Source: a virus (taxonomy: Duplodnaviria > Caudoviricetes). From it: DNA of 64,000 nucleotides. Shown here piece after piece: positions 49,854 to 58,320 of this stretch (position 1 is its first letter; every line of letters starts with the position of its first letter). The notes under the pieces were generated by a model. That model had not been told where the DNA came from and did not search any database. It was given only the letters and a program-made list of their open reading frames with translations. The stretch is from IMG/VR virus record IMGVR_UViG_651703017_000001, positions 63,066-127,065 of that record. One strand, 5' to 3'. The position numbers and the translations under genes are program-made.

Positions 49854-49949
49854 ATATACACAGTTATGTATATTATTTCACTGTTAGTTTTTAGAACGTT
49901 GAAGAGACAGTAAAACGAGATGTATAAAACGTGCAAGATGTAGCCATAT

Positions 49950-50088
49950 TATACATGCAGAAAATACCTCACGAAACAGTTAGTGTTTTTGAGCGTATTT
50001 TTACTCCTTGAACGAGGACTGCATGTATTCATTATATTATATAATGAGAGCCTGATATGACGGGCTTTGTGAGCGTTCAACATGTATA
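49950..50088 (+). ncRNA. Candidate structured leader/non-coding RNA
   Basis: ATACATGCAG/CTGCATGTAT 10-bp stem enclosing two hairpins, plus further hairpins and alternative pairings. Confidence 0.4.
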
Positions 50089-50105
50089 TAGAGAGGAAGA
50101 GCAGA

Positions 50106-50804
50106 GTGACAAAAGACAATAAATCTAAGAAAAGTAAGTTACTAGAGCTATACGACAACAAATTGTTACGAGGCAAAGTAGACTTTATGATTGATGATGG
50201 GAAGTCCTTATCCTATCTCGTGCAGTTCTGTAGTACTCATGGTTTCAGTATCAGTACTGGCTCGATGAAAAACTACAAAGACAAGCGAGCAGAAGCAATT
50301 AAAACTAACGTACCTTTAGAACAGCTCCTAGATAGACGTGTAGCGGTAAAAGGAACAGTGGTAGACATTCGTTCTAAAGAGGTTAACGTAGCACCTGCTA
50401 ATGAGGGTGACGTTGATAGCAAAGAACCGGTAAGTGGGGAGAGACAGCTAAACAATATTATTCAACCACTAGAGGAATTAATAAAGACCGGTTGGGAAAC
50501 AATGGAACATATAAATGTCGTGGATATGCCTTTAATGTTGAAATCTATTGAACTATACGCTAAAATAACAGGTAATACAGGTGGTGGGGTTACAACAGCA
50601 GGGCTACACCAGATTAGACTACGCCAAGTTGCCATGGAGTCTGCATTAACAGAGGTTATACTATCCCACATCCCTGAGGAGAAACATGAACAGGTATTTG
50701 AGGAGATTGCAGAGAAAGCAGAAGCATTCTACGCTAACCTTGACCTTTCAGAAGAGGGTAAAGCGGTTAAAGAAACATTACAACGAGCAAACGTTAAACT
50801 ATAA
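50106..50804 (+). CDS. Conserved HTH protein (possibly small-terminase/DUF3486-like)
   Basis: GFSISTGSMKNY HTH-like segment; GTG 50106 after GAGAGG. Confidence 0.55.
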   Translation: MTKDNKSKKSKLLELYDNKLLRGKVDFMIDDGKSLSYLVQFCSTHGFSISTGSMKNYKDKRAEAIKTNVPLEQLLDRRVAVKGTVVDIRSKEVNVAPANEGDVDSKEPVSGERQLNNIIQPLEELIKTGWETMEHINVVDMPLMLKSIELYAKITGNTGGGVTTAGLHQIRLRQVAMESALTEVILSHIPEEKHEQVFEEIAEKAEAFYANLDLSEEGKAVKETLQRANVKL

Positions 50805-50818
50805 GGAGGAGCGTACCA

Positions 50819-51232
50819 ATGCCAACATACCAACCAATTACTAGGGATATATCAAAACGAGCAGTAGAGATGTATTTATCAGGAGACTTACGTGCAGATA
50901 TTGTAAGCGAGCTTAATATCAGTGTAGGCTCTTTATATCGTATCTTAACACGTCATAAGGTCCCTTTAAGAAAAAAACGAGCGTCGTCAACACAAGCTAT
51001 GCTAGACAAGTACACAGAAAGAGAACAGCGTGAGATAGCACGTAGATATGTAGAGGACGGCGTAAAGATAAGCGACCTAACATCAGGCTACGGGTTAACA
51101 CTGAGTACATTTCTTACTATTGTGGATATGTATGCACCTGACGGTGTTATCGTTGGTGGTACGGAAGTAGTCCCGGTGGACGAACTCACCACAGATAAAT
51201 TTATTCCTTTAGGGGAGATAGAGATTATTTAA
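50819..51232 (+). CDS. HTH DNA-binding protein
   Basis: AVEMYLSG..ADIVSELNISVGSLYRIL; second HTH-like repeat. Confidence 0.75.
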   Translation: MPTYQPITRDISKRAVEMYLSGDLRADIVSELNISVGSLYRILTRHKVPLRKKRASSTQAMLDKYTEREQREIARRYVEDGVKISDLTSGYGLTLSTFLTIVDMYAPDGVIVGGTEVVPVDELTTDKFIPLGEIEII

Positions 51233-51317
51233 AACAGAAGGCACTAATTAATTTTAGTGCTTTTTATGTTGCATTGAGTAATGAGGTGTGCTATAATAAA
51301 AACAAGAGGTGATAATG

Positions 51318-51449
51318 ATGAGTAAACGGAACCCAGAGAACAAAGATAACCACCGAGGAACGTGGGGTATCAGCCCAGTAACTAAGGTAAAGCAAAGTAA
51401 AAAAGTATATGACCGAAAGAAAGAGAAAATTAAAGTAAAAGACTATTGA
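51318..51449 (+). CDS. Small basic protein (43 aa), BrfA/ArfA-like ribosome-rescue candidate; absent from the ORF track
   Basis: Promoter TTGCAT(51269)-17-TATAAT, RBS GAGGTGA; MSKRNPENKDNHRGTWGISPVTKVKQSKKVYDRKKEKIKVKDY. Confidence 0.65.
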   Translation: MSKRNPENKDNHRGTWGISPVTKVKQSKKVYDRKKEKIKVKDY

Positions 51450-51511
51450 CATTCAATGGTAAGTAAGGTATAGTAAGAGTACATACTAAATAGATAAAGG
51501 GGATTAATAAA

Positions 51512-52132
51512 ATGAAACCATCACATATGACTGAAACAACAATAAAGGAAGTATTCCAACGAGCAACACCAGAGAGAGCAAAGAAGATTGCTGAGCGAGC
51601 ATTCGCAGTAAAAGGTTTAACAGCTCAACTACAATACGAGCTGTCAATTTTAATGGCAAATAACACAGAACTACGAGCAACACTGAAAGAGGAAGCATTA
51701 GCACAGGCTAAAGTAGGCATGCCTACTCAAGTAGAGCGTAAAACAATCAAACAAGGAGATATTGTAGATGTAAACTTCGGGTTCAACTCCGGTACGTTAT
51801 CCGGACGTAGACCTGCTGTTGTTATTAGCGGGGACAATTACAATAGAATCACGACAAACCTAATGGTAGCTCCGTTATCTCACCGTACAGCACGTAAGGA
51901 TAGATTCTACAACGTCCCTTACCATGCACGTAATCTTGTGGGTAAAAAAGAAACAATTGATAATGAGTTGCAAGTTTTGGGTAGCGTTTGTGTGGACCAA
52001 GCACGCTGTGTCCCTCAGGCTCAGGTGGCACTGACAACTGTACGTCTCGAAGGGGAGAACGTACTAGGGGACGTATCAGACATGTTATTTATGGATGCGG
52101 TGTTAGACGCATACAAGAGAGTACTCATCTAA
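51512..52132 (+). CDS. MazF/PemK-family endoribonuclease with N-terminal extension
   Basis: KQGDIVDVNF, GRRPAVVIS..YN, VAPLS, VCVDQAR; promoter TTGACA(51446)-17-TATAGT. Confidence 0.82.
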   Translation: MKPSHMTETTIKEVFQRATPERAKKIAERAFAVKGLTAQLQYELSILMANNTELRATLKEEALAQAKVGMPTQVERKTIKQGDIVDVNFGFNSGTLSGRRPAVVISGDNYNRITTNLMVAPLSHRTARKDRFYNVPYHARNLVGKKETIDNELQVLGSVCVDQARCVPQAQVALTTVRLEGENVLGDVSDMLFMDAVLDAYKRVLI

Positions 52133-52163
52133 CTCTATATTATTAATAGGAGGTGAGGATGAC

Positions 52164-52673
52164 ATGACACTCTGGGTTAAACGGTTATGTGGGGTGATGC
52201 TGACAGGGTCAATCATCTTGTCAAGTATTCTCGCAGGAGCAACGTGGTTCATTAGCGAGACCAAACAAGTGAAAGGAGAGGTTGTGCATAAGAGTGTTGC
52301 GGACAGAGGGATACAAGAGAGAATGATGCGATTTCCACCTAACACCAAGAGCATGTATAACAAAAGTGTGTCCATGGACGGAGTAAAGTTAGCCTACTCT
52401 GATAGACCCATATCAAATACATTGGCTATCCATATACCAATAGGGGAGGGTGGAAAAGAGTACTTTGACCAGAATTACCTAGACAGACCCTACTACGTTT
52501 TTGTGTACAGTGGTGAGCTAGCAAAAAAGGATACGGATGAAAGGTACTTACTTGACATCCAAGACAAACTAGGCGGTTATGTAGAGCTCAGTGTATCAAA
52601 GGAGCAGTACGGCAGAGTAGATGTGGGTGATTATGTTACAATTAGTGGAGACACAATAAGAGTGTTTAAATAA
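52164..52673 (+). CDS. Membrane-anchored protein
   Basis: N-terminal TM helix; RBS GGAGGTGA. Confidence 0.65.
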   Translation: MTLWVKRLCGVMLTGSIILSSILAGATWFISETKQVKGEVVHKSVADRGIQERMMRFPPNTKSMYNKSVSMDGVKLAYSDRPISNTLAIHIPIGEGGKEYFDQNYLDRPYYVFVYSGELAKKDTDERYLLDIQDKLGGYVELSVSKEQYGRVDVGDYVTISGDTIRVFK

Positions 52674-52686
52674 GAGGAGGAAAACA

Positions 52687-52956
52687 ATGATTTATACAAC
52701 AGCAAACGAACTTCATGAGGTTATTAAGAAAGAGCAAGACACAGATGAACCAAGCAAGTATATTCTATTCAGTTATGGAGAGGCTAGAACAATTATCCCT
52801 CTTAAAACATTTGTTCCATGTGAAACAGGTAACAAGGACGATATTTTCTTAACGGTTTTCACATACATGAATGAGGTAGCCCACGTACCCTTATCTCGTT
52901 TACATGACGAGGCACCTCTGATTGTTGATTTTGTGAAATCAATGGTCTTTAAGTAA
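52687..52956 (+). CDS. Hypothetical protein
   Basis: 89 aa, RBS GAGGAGG. Confidence 0.65.
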   Translation: MIYTTANELHEVIKKEQDTDEPSKYILFSYGEARTIIPLKTFVPCETGNKDDIFLTVFTYMNEVAHVPLSRLHDEAPLIVDFVKSMVFK

Positions 52957-52957
52957 C

Positions 52958-52998
52958 AAAAAAGAGAGCACCCTTAATTGGATGTTCTCTTTTTATTT
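52958..52998. terminator. Bidirectional terminator between convergent genes
   Basis: A run-GAGAGCA..TGTTCTC-T run. Confidence 0.7.
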
Positions 52999-53180
52999 GC
53001 TCTTATACCTTGGTACTCAAAGTAAGTAACAACAGCAAATATAGGTATAGGGACTCCGAAGGCTAACAGTAAGACAATAACCATCTTCCCGAACACGGAA
53101 ATAAGTAGAATAGAAAAGACAGGTAGGAATACTGAAACAAGGAGACAGATAAGTAGACAAGCTAAATCTTTACATGTCAT
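52974..53180 (-). CDS. Small membrane protein
   Basis: 68 aa, two TM segments, RBS GGGGGGTG, ATGA coupling with upstream minus-strand ORF. Confidence 0.7.
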   Translation of the reverse strand: MTCKDLACLLICLLVSVFLPVFSILLISVFGKMVIVLLLAFGVPIPIFAVVTYFEYQGIRANKKRTSN

Positions 53181-53344
53181 GAGAATGCACCCCCCATAAT
53201 AAATCTTACAACTAATGTGACAGCCCCTACTATAAGTAGCCCTGCGATAGCGAATATAAGAACAGGCTCTAGTGTGTTCATACGTAGTGCGTAAGCGAGT
53301 AGTAAGACAAGCACCGACTCACAAACTATTAACAAATTTGTCAT
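53177..53344 (-). CDS. Small membrane protein (55 aa; not in ORF track)
   Basis: RBS AGAGGTGA; MTNLLIVCESVLVLLLAYALRMNTLEPVLIFAIAGLLIVGAVTLVVRFIMGGAFS. Confidence 0.7.
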   Translation of the reverse strand: MTNLLIVCESVLVLLLAYALRMNTLEPVLIFAIAGLLIVGAVTLVVRFIMGGAFS

Positions 53345-53445
53345 GTAAAATCACCTCTTATAAATAATATAAACTTTAGTGTTGACTTACACTTCAAGAA
53401 GAGGTATACTATGTTTATAGACAAGAGAAAAGGGGAGAGTTATTA

Positions 53446-54036
53446 ATGAAAACACAAAAAACAGCAATAGAGGTAGTACGAGAGATTGCAGTAACTACCG
53501 CAGAACTAGAACAAAGAAAAGAATATCTTCAAAAGGAACTGGAAAAATTGAAAAATGAACTAACTGCTACTTCGCATAAAGCGAACACAGGCAACCAAAC
53601 ATACCAAAACAAGATAGTGGAACTAGGTAAACGTTTCATTGAGCTAGAAAGAATCATCACAGACCTGTATCACCTTATCCACGTAGGTAAAGGGTGGACA
53701 GTAGCTGATAAGGTACTTATTTTCGATACGTTAGACGAGGTATTGCAAGAGCGTTCAGAGATTAAGATAGTAATACAAGCGTCAGTTAAAGAAGAGGACA
53801 GCAAAGAGTTCTTCGCTACCCGAGAAATACGAGTGCTACAGCTTGCAAAAGCTAATGGTCAGTTAGGCGAGATACTAGACCGTGACCGAGTGTACACTTG
53901 TAGAAGCACAACATCAAGTAGCACAGTCTTACGAATGCTAGACCGTGTCAAACAACTAGACAAGAAGATACCAAGCGTGGTGCTACAGCCAAAGAAAGAC
54001 ATGTTAAATGTACTAAGAGGTAAATTTAGAAAATAG
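53446..54036 (+). CDS. Coiled-coil hypothetical protein
   Basis: Promoter TTGACT(53382)-17-TATACT, RBS. Confidence 0.7.
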   Translation: MKTQKTAIEVVREIAVTTAELEQRKEYLQKELEKLKNELTATSHKANTGNQTYQNKIVELGKRFIELERIITDLYHLIHVGKGWTVADKVLIFDTLDEVLQERSEIKIVIQASVKEEDSKEFFATREIRVLQLAKANGQLGEILDRDRVYTCRSTTSSSTVLRMLDRVKQLDKKIPSVVLQPKKDMLNVLRGKFRK

Positions 54037-54103
54037 TGTTGACAGTCAACTAGAAACATGTTAAACTAAGGTAGAAGATAACTTAAAAGGAGGAAGATAA
54101 GAG

Positions 54104-54757
54104 ATGACACCAGTACAAGGAAACGTTTTAGAGCATGAAGGAAAGTATTATGAACAGGTATCCGCAGTTGACTTACAAGAAGGGGACTTCGTAGTTACAA
54201 ACGACATTAACCTAGAAGAGGTAGTTGATGTGAGGGATGATTACTTCTTAGTATGGGATAAGCACGTAGAGGAACATGACTACATCGGTCGTTACGGCGT
54301 GTACACTGCTTATCGTGAGGTTAGTGCTGAGCGAGGAGCAGACGCACTTATTACATTAATTGAGGCGTGGGCAGTCGCTCGTAATCTCCACACAGCTAAC
54401 CCGAACAAACAGATGCTCAAATTGTATGAGGAAGCAGGAGAGATTTCAGCATCAATGGCTAGAGGAAACATTGAAGGTATCAAAGACGGTATTGGGGACG
54501 TGGTAGTTGTACTTACTATCCTAAGCCAACAAATGGGATTCACTATCACTGAGTGTATCGAGATGGCGTACGAGGAGATTAAGGACCGTAAAGGTAGAAT
54601 GATTGATGGGGTATTTGTTAAGGAAGCAGACTTACACATCTATGCTGAGGACGAGCCAGTTAACCATACAAAGAGTACCGAAGTAACACCAGAAAGCTAT
54701 GTCTCACAAGGTGACAGTCCGTTAAGTACGGTACACAAAGAAAAAGGAGGAGAGTAA
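54104..54757 (+). CDS. MazG-like nucleotide pyrophosphohydrolase with N-terminal extension
   Basis: WA..RNL, Q.LKL.EE.GE, DGIGD..V, AY.EIKDRKG.M.DG.FVKE.DL; promoter at 54039. Confidence 0.85.
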   Translation: MTPVQGNVLEHEGKYYEQVSAVDLQEGDFVVTNDINLEEVVDVRDDYFLVWDKHVEEHDYIGRYGVYTAYREVSAERGADALITLIEAWAVARNLHTANPNKQMLKLYEEAGEISASMARGNIEGIKDGIGDVVVVLTILSQQMGFTITECIEMAYEEIKDRKGRMIDGVFVKEADLHIYAEDEPVNHTKSTEVTPESYVSQGDSPLSTVHKEKGGE

Positions 54758-54759
54758 TT

Positions 54760-55080
54760 ATGAGCATTGAGTTTATTATAATTTTTGTTGTCGGATTTAT
54801 CCTGTTCCGTTCTTCCCTTAAGAAAAAGCAAGTACCTCAGGGCTTTGGTGGTCAGACTGATACTATCCACACAGTAGACTACGAGGTTACTACTTTTAGC
54901 TACACAACGGATGCACAGAAGAACAAGTTCTTCAATGCTATCGAGCGTCGTGGTATTCTCATTCACTGTTTTGGGTTTGACTCTCCATCAGGTGAGACTA
55001 CTATGGTTGTCTTTTACTCACCAAGCGATGAGGTAGAAGAGGAAGATGCACCAGAGGAAGGCGCACCAGAAGATGATTAG
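54760..55080 (+). CDS. Membrane-anchored protein
   Basis: N-terminal TM helix, RBS AAGGAGG. Confidence 0.65.
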   Translation: MSIEFIIIFVVGFILFRSSLKKKQVPQGFGGQTDTIHTVDYEVTTFSYTTDAQKNKFFNAIERRGILIHCFGFDSPSGETTMVVFYSPSDEVEEEDAPEEGAPEDD

Positions 55081-55195
55081 GTGGTTAGCTATCTATATCA
55101 CCGCTTATTGGATGCTTGTACTATTAGTGGTAGGTGCTTCTATTATGTTGCCTCTATTCATTATGTGCTTGCTTATGCTATGGAAAGTATGCTAG
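55073..55195 (+). CDS. Small hydrophobic protein (40 aa; not in ORF track)
   Basis: MIRWLAIYITAYWMLVLLVVGASIMLPLFIMCLLMLWKVC fills the gap between two genes. Confidence 0.5.
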   Translation: MIRWLAIYITAYWMLVLLVVGASIMLPLFIMCLLMLWKVC

Positions 55196-55205
55196 GAGGA
55201 GAGAT

Positions 55206-55520
55206 ATGTTACCATTGATTGTAGGAATTGTCTCCTTCATTACAGGGAGACGTAATTACAACCCGACGTGGGCGTTGTCAATTGCAGGGTTTTTAACAAG
55301 CGTTTTTATCTCTTGGGCGTTACTCGTTGTTGTGTTTGGTTTTTTCCTTACACCGAACAAACCCGGAGAGGTTACAACGTGGCGAGGAGATAACGGAGCA
55401 AAAATAACAAGGATTCAGCAGTTTAATCCTGTTATGCAGGTATTAACGGATTTTGGGGTTGTATCCTCGAAGATTTATCAAATTAAAACAGATAATTTAG
55501 GAGGCGTAGGGAATGAGTAA
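55206..55520 (+). CDS. Membrane protein
   Basis: ATG 55206 after AGGAGG; hydrophobic segments. Confidence 0.6.
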   Translation: MLPLIVGIVSFITGRRNYNPTWALSIAGFLTSVFISWALLVVVFGFFLTPNKPGEVTTWRGDNGAKITRIQQFNPVMQVLTDFGVVSSKIYQIKTDNLGGVGNE

Positions 55521-56445
55521 TACCGGATTAGACGCTATGTTGAATAACGTGAAAGAACATTTTAAGGCTTTATTAGAAAATCAAAAAGGTATAGGGACCG
55601 TGCGTCGGATAACTACAAGTAAAGACGGTGACCTAATAGCGTGTTACTTTTATGATGACAATGAGACATGTGTAGCACTACACTTGCGCTTAAAGGACGG
55701 CATTCCTCTTGTGGAGGAGGCTACATGGCGTAACATCTCCGGAGAAGGGGCAGGACATATTAGCGAGTTTGACTTTAGAAAGCGTATGCTTATCTGTTCT
55801 TTAGGAGAGTCAACAGACCACAATATAGCTATCAGTAGGCACCTAGAGGGTTACACTGAGAAGCTAGATGTTTTCGGTGTAGGGCTCGCACTTAACACTG
55901 CTACAGTTAACGGGGAGGTCATTTCCTCATGGGAAAACGCTATGAGGTTTAAAGGGTACAACGATGACCGTCTTGCTTTTGATATCGCAGTTAACACACC
56001 TGTGGACTACAATGCTAGCACACAAAGGAAAGTTGTACATCACGACAAAGCGACCTTTAAAGTAGTTTACGATATTGTAGGTGCGTTTAAGGGTATTTCC
56101 GAGGATAACTTCATAGAGACATTTAAGTGGGGGTACTCCTCACCCGACACATCTACTAAGCTTGTTGTTGGTAGCTCTGAGGACAGTAAACCAAAGAAAA
56201 ATGACGTGATTAACCCAAGCTACTACGACCAAGGCATCCCTACGATTGACTACATTGACCAAGTGGCAGGTGTTTGGGACAGCAAGTACGTACCAAGTGT
56301 TAGCAACATCATTAAGTACATCAGCCGAGCACCACTTAAAAATGGCTTAGAGGATGTTAGGAAGATAGTTTGGTACCTTAACCATCTTATTGAACAGATG
56401 GAGAAAGATGAAAAGGTCAAGCAGGCAGGTGAGAAAGATAAGTAG
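55513..56445 (+). CDS. Protein with C-terminal DUF3310 (T7 gp1.7-like) domain
   Basis: D.INPSYY, IDYI, NIIKYISRA..KNGLEDV.K..WYL..LIE. Confidence 0.78.
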   Translation: MSNTGLDAMLNNVKEHFKALLENQKGIGTVRRITTSKDGDLIACYFYDDNETCVALHLRLKDGIPLVEEATWRNISGEGAGHISEFDFRKRMLICSLGESTDHNIAISRHLEGYTEKLDVFGVGLALNTATVNGEVISSWENAMRFKGYNDDRLAFDIAVNTPVDYNASTQRKVVHHDKATFKVVYDIVGAFKGISEDNFIETFKWGYSSPDTSTKLVVGSSEDSKPKKNDVINPSYYDQGIPTIDYIDQVAGVWDSKYVPSVSNIIKYISRAPLKNGLEDVRKIVWYLNHLIEQMEKDEKVKQAGEKDK

Positions 56446-56541
56446 TTTACTATTAATTTTTGTTAAAGTGTGGGCAGTGTGTGCGGTAACCTTAGGGGCT
56501 ATCACTCTGTATAACAATAATAAAAGAAAGTAGGTGTAGTT

Positions 56542-56748
56542 ATGTCAAGTGAAGAAACTACAGGAATGAAAGAGATTGCACTCACAGTGTTAGGGCATAC
56601 TAACTTCAATTACTCTTACCATGGCTCGTTAGACTCTTACGTTATCAGTGACCCTGATAGTGGGAAGATTATCCTAGCAGTTGCACGTGAGCGTGTACTC
56701 GATATCGAAAAGGATATTCGTGCTCGGAGATATCATTTTGAGTTATAA
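56542..56748 (+). CDS. Hypothetical protein
   Basis: 68 aa, followed by terminator 56754-56780. Confidence 0.6.
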   Translation: MSSEETTGMKEIALTVLGHTNFNYSYHGSLDSYVISDPDSGKIILAVARERVLDIEKDIRARRYHFEL

Positions 56749-56839
56749 CAACTAAGAGACCTTCGGGTTTCTTTTTTTTTGTTGTTGACATTGTAGAAGG
56801 CATGTGTTATAGTTAGGTTATAGACAAAGGAGGGGTCGC

Positions 56840-57091
56840 ATGTACACTAGTAGAGAAGATAGCACTGTAGCTGTTAAAACCGTTTATGGGATTATGGGTA
56901 ATACATCCGAAGAGGTACTGGTAAACTATATTTGTAAGCTGAGAGAGTCTTTGATGGAGAGGTTTGATACCTTAGGCTTACAAGACTCACTCGAAGTACT
57001 TCATAAATTTAGGGCTATTAAGAAAATAAGATATGCCAAAGCAGAGAAAAATAAATATTTAGGAGATGCTTATCTATGGGAGAACGTGTAA
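56840..57091 (+). CDS. Hypothetical protein
   Basis: Promoter TTGACA(56785)-17-TATAGT, RBS AAGGAGG. Confidence 0.65.
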   Translation: MYTSREDSTVAVKTVYGIMGNTSEEVLVNYICKLRESLMERFDTLGLQDSLEVLHKFRAIKKIRYAKAEKNKYLGDAYLWENV

Positions 57092-57336
57092 AAGAAAACC
57101 AACAACAGTATGTGCACGCTGAAAGTCTACGTCTTAAAGGAGACGACGAGAAACCGGGAGTAGCTGTCATTAAGGAGTTCCTGTTAGAACGTCTTATGTT
57201 AGACATACGAAGCCATATTGACTTTACAGAGAATATAGACCCTGAGACAGGGGAAAATGTGTACAGATTGAGTGTTACCTTAATGGGAGAACCAGAAAGT
57301 AAAGAGATTAAAAATAATAAAGGGGGTAAGAAGTAA
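57076..57336 (+). CDS. Hypothetical protein
   Basis: RBS AGGAG. Confidence 0.65.
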   Translation: MGERVKENQQQYVHAESLRLKGDDEKPGVAVIKEFLLERLMLDIRSHIDFTENIDPETGENVYRLSVTLMGEPESKEIKNNKGGKK

Positions 57337-57560
57337 TGTTAACTACTATTATAGCTTTAGGCTTACTGGTGTTATTCCTACTGCACAACCTCGCAATTGC
57401 TGGGTTATCAGTTAGCAACCTAAACAAAGACAACGAAATAGCGATTCAGGTAGTACGAATGCTTGCTCTTAGGCTTAAGGAAACAGATGCCGTTGAGCAT
57501 GATGAGAAGCTAAATAAGCTAGTTACTCACCTTTTAGAACGAACGGATGAGAGTGAGTAG
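57336..57560 (+). CDS. Membrane-anchored protein
   Basis: N-terminal TM helix; TAATG coupling. Confidence 0.65.
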   Translation: MLTTIIALGLLVLFLLHNLAIAGLSVSNLNKDNEIAIQVVRMLALRLKETDAVEHDEKLNKLVTHLLERTDESE

Positions 57561-57714
57561 GGCGTTAACGAGAGAACCTTAACAGGGTTCTTTTTTTTAT
57601 GCTTTTATAGAGCCGTCACGACCTTACGACTCTTTAGAGGGTAAATACACCTCTCCTTCTTTAAAATGAGCGTACGGGTACCTCACGAGCCTTAGAAAGT
57701 ATTTTAAATAGTTG

Positions 57715-57874
57715 TTGACATTAAACTTCCCATGTATTATACTTTAGTCAAGGAGGTGAGCGAGAGTTACCTAATAGCGAAGTGCTAGGCATCATAAGAC
57801 AGGAAGGTGTTGAGCGAGCGGAAAAAGAAAAGAAGAAAATAGTTGTTGACAACAAGAAAAGTAAGTGATACACT
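57715..57874 (+). promoter_or_regulatory. Two tandem sigmaA-type promoters
   Basis: TTGACA(57715)-17-TATACT and TTGACA(57846)-17-TACACT, both preceded by AAATAGTTG. Confidence 0.75.
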
Positions 57875-57908
57875 ATTAGTATAAACAAATAAGAGGAGGA
57901 AATTAAAA

Positions 57909-58319
57909 ATGATTACAGTAACACATACAGAAAAGATGGAACAAGAGTTAACGGACATGATGGCGAAGTACCCATCATCAGAATTGGTATTTGAAGTGGA
58001 TGGTGTTCTTACACTAGAGGACCTCACTGGGGATATTCGAGAGGGCAAGAAAGGTAACCTATACGTCACAGGGCTAGAAGCTGATAGACTACTTGTTAAT
58101 GATACTATTGAAGGAGTTAACCTTTACTCTCGTCATAAACATAAGGTCATGGAAAAGCAGTCAGCTAAGGACAACTACATCTCATTAGCGTCAATCGATA
58201 AGTACACAGCTTTAGAACGTATTGTAGATGGCTTCCGTTGGGATGATATTATCTTAGTCAGCACAGTTAAAGAAGTAACACGTGACGGAGACGTACTTAC
58301 ACCTAAAGGAGGGTTCTAA
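57909..58319 (+). CDS. Hypothetical protein
   Basis: RBS GAGGAGG. Confidence 0.7.
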   Translation: MITVTHTEKMEQELTDMMAKYPSSELVFEVDGVLTLEDLTGDIREGKKGNLYVTGLEADRLLVNDTIEGVNLYSRHKHKVMEKQSAKDNYISLASIDKYTALERIVDGFRWDDIILVSTVKEVTRDGDVLTPKGGF

Positions 58320-58320
58320 T

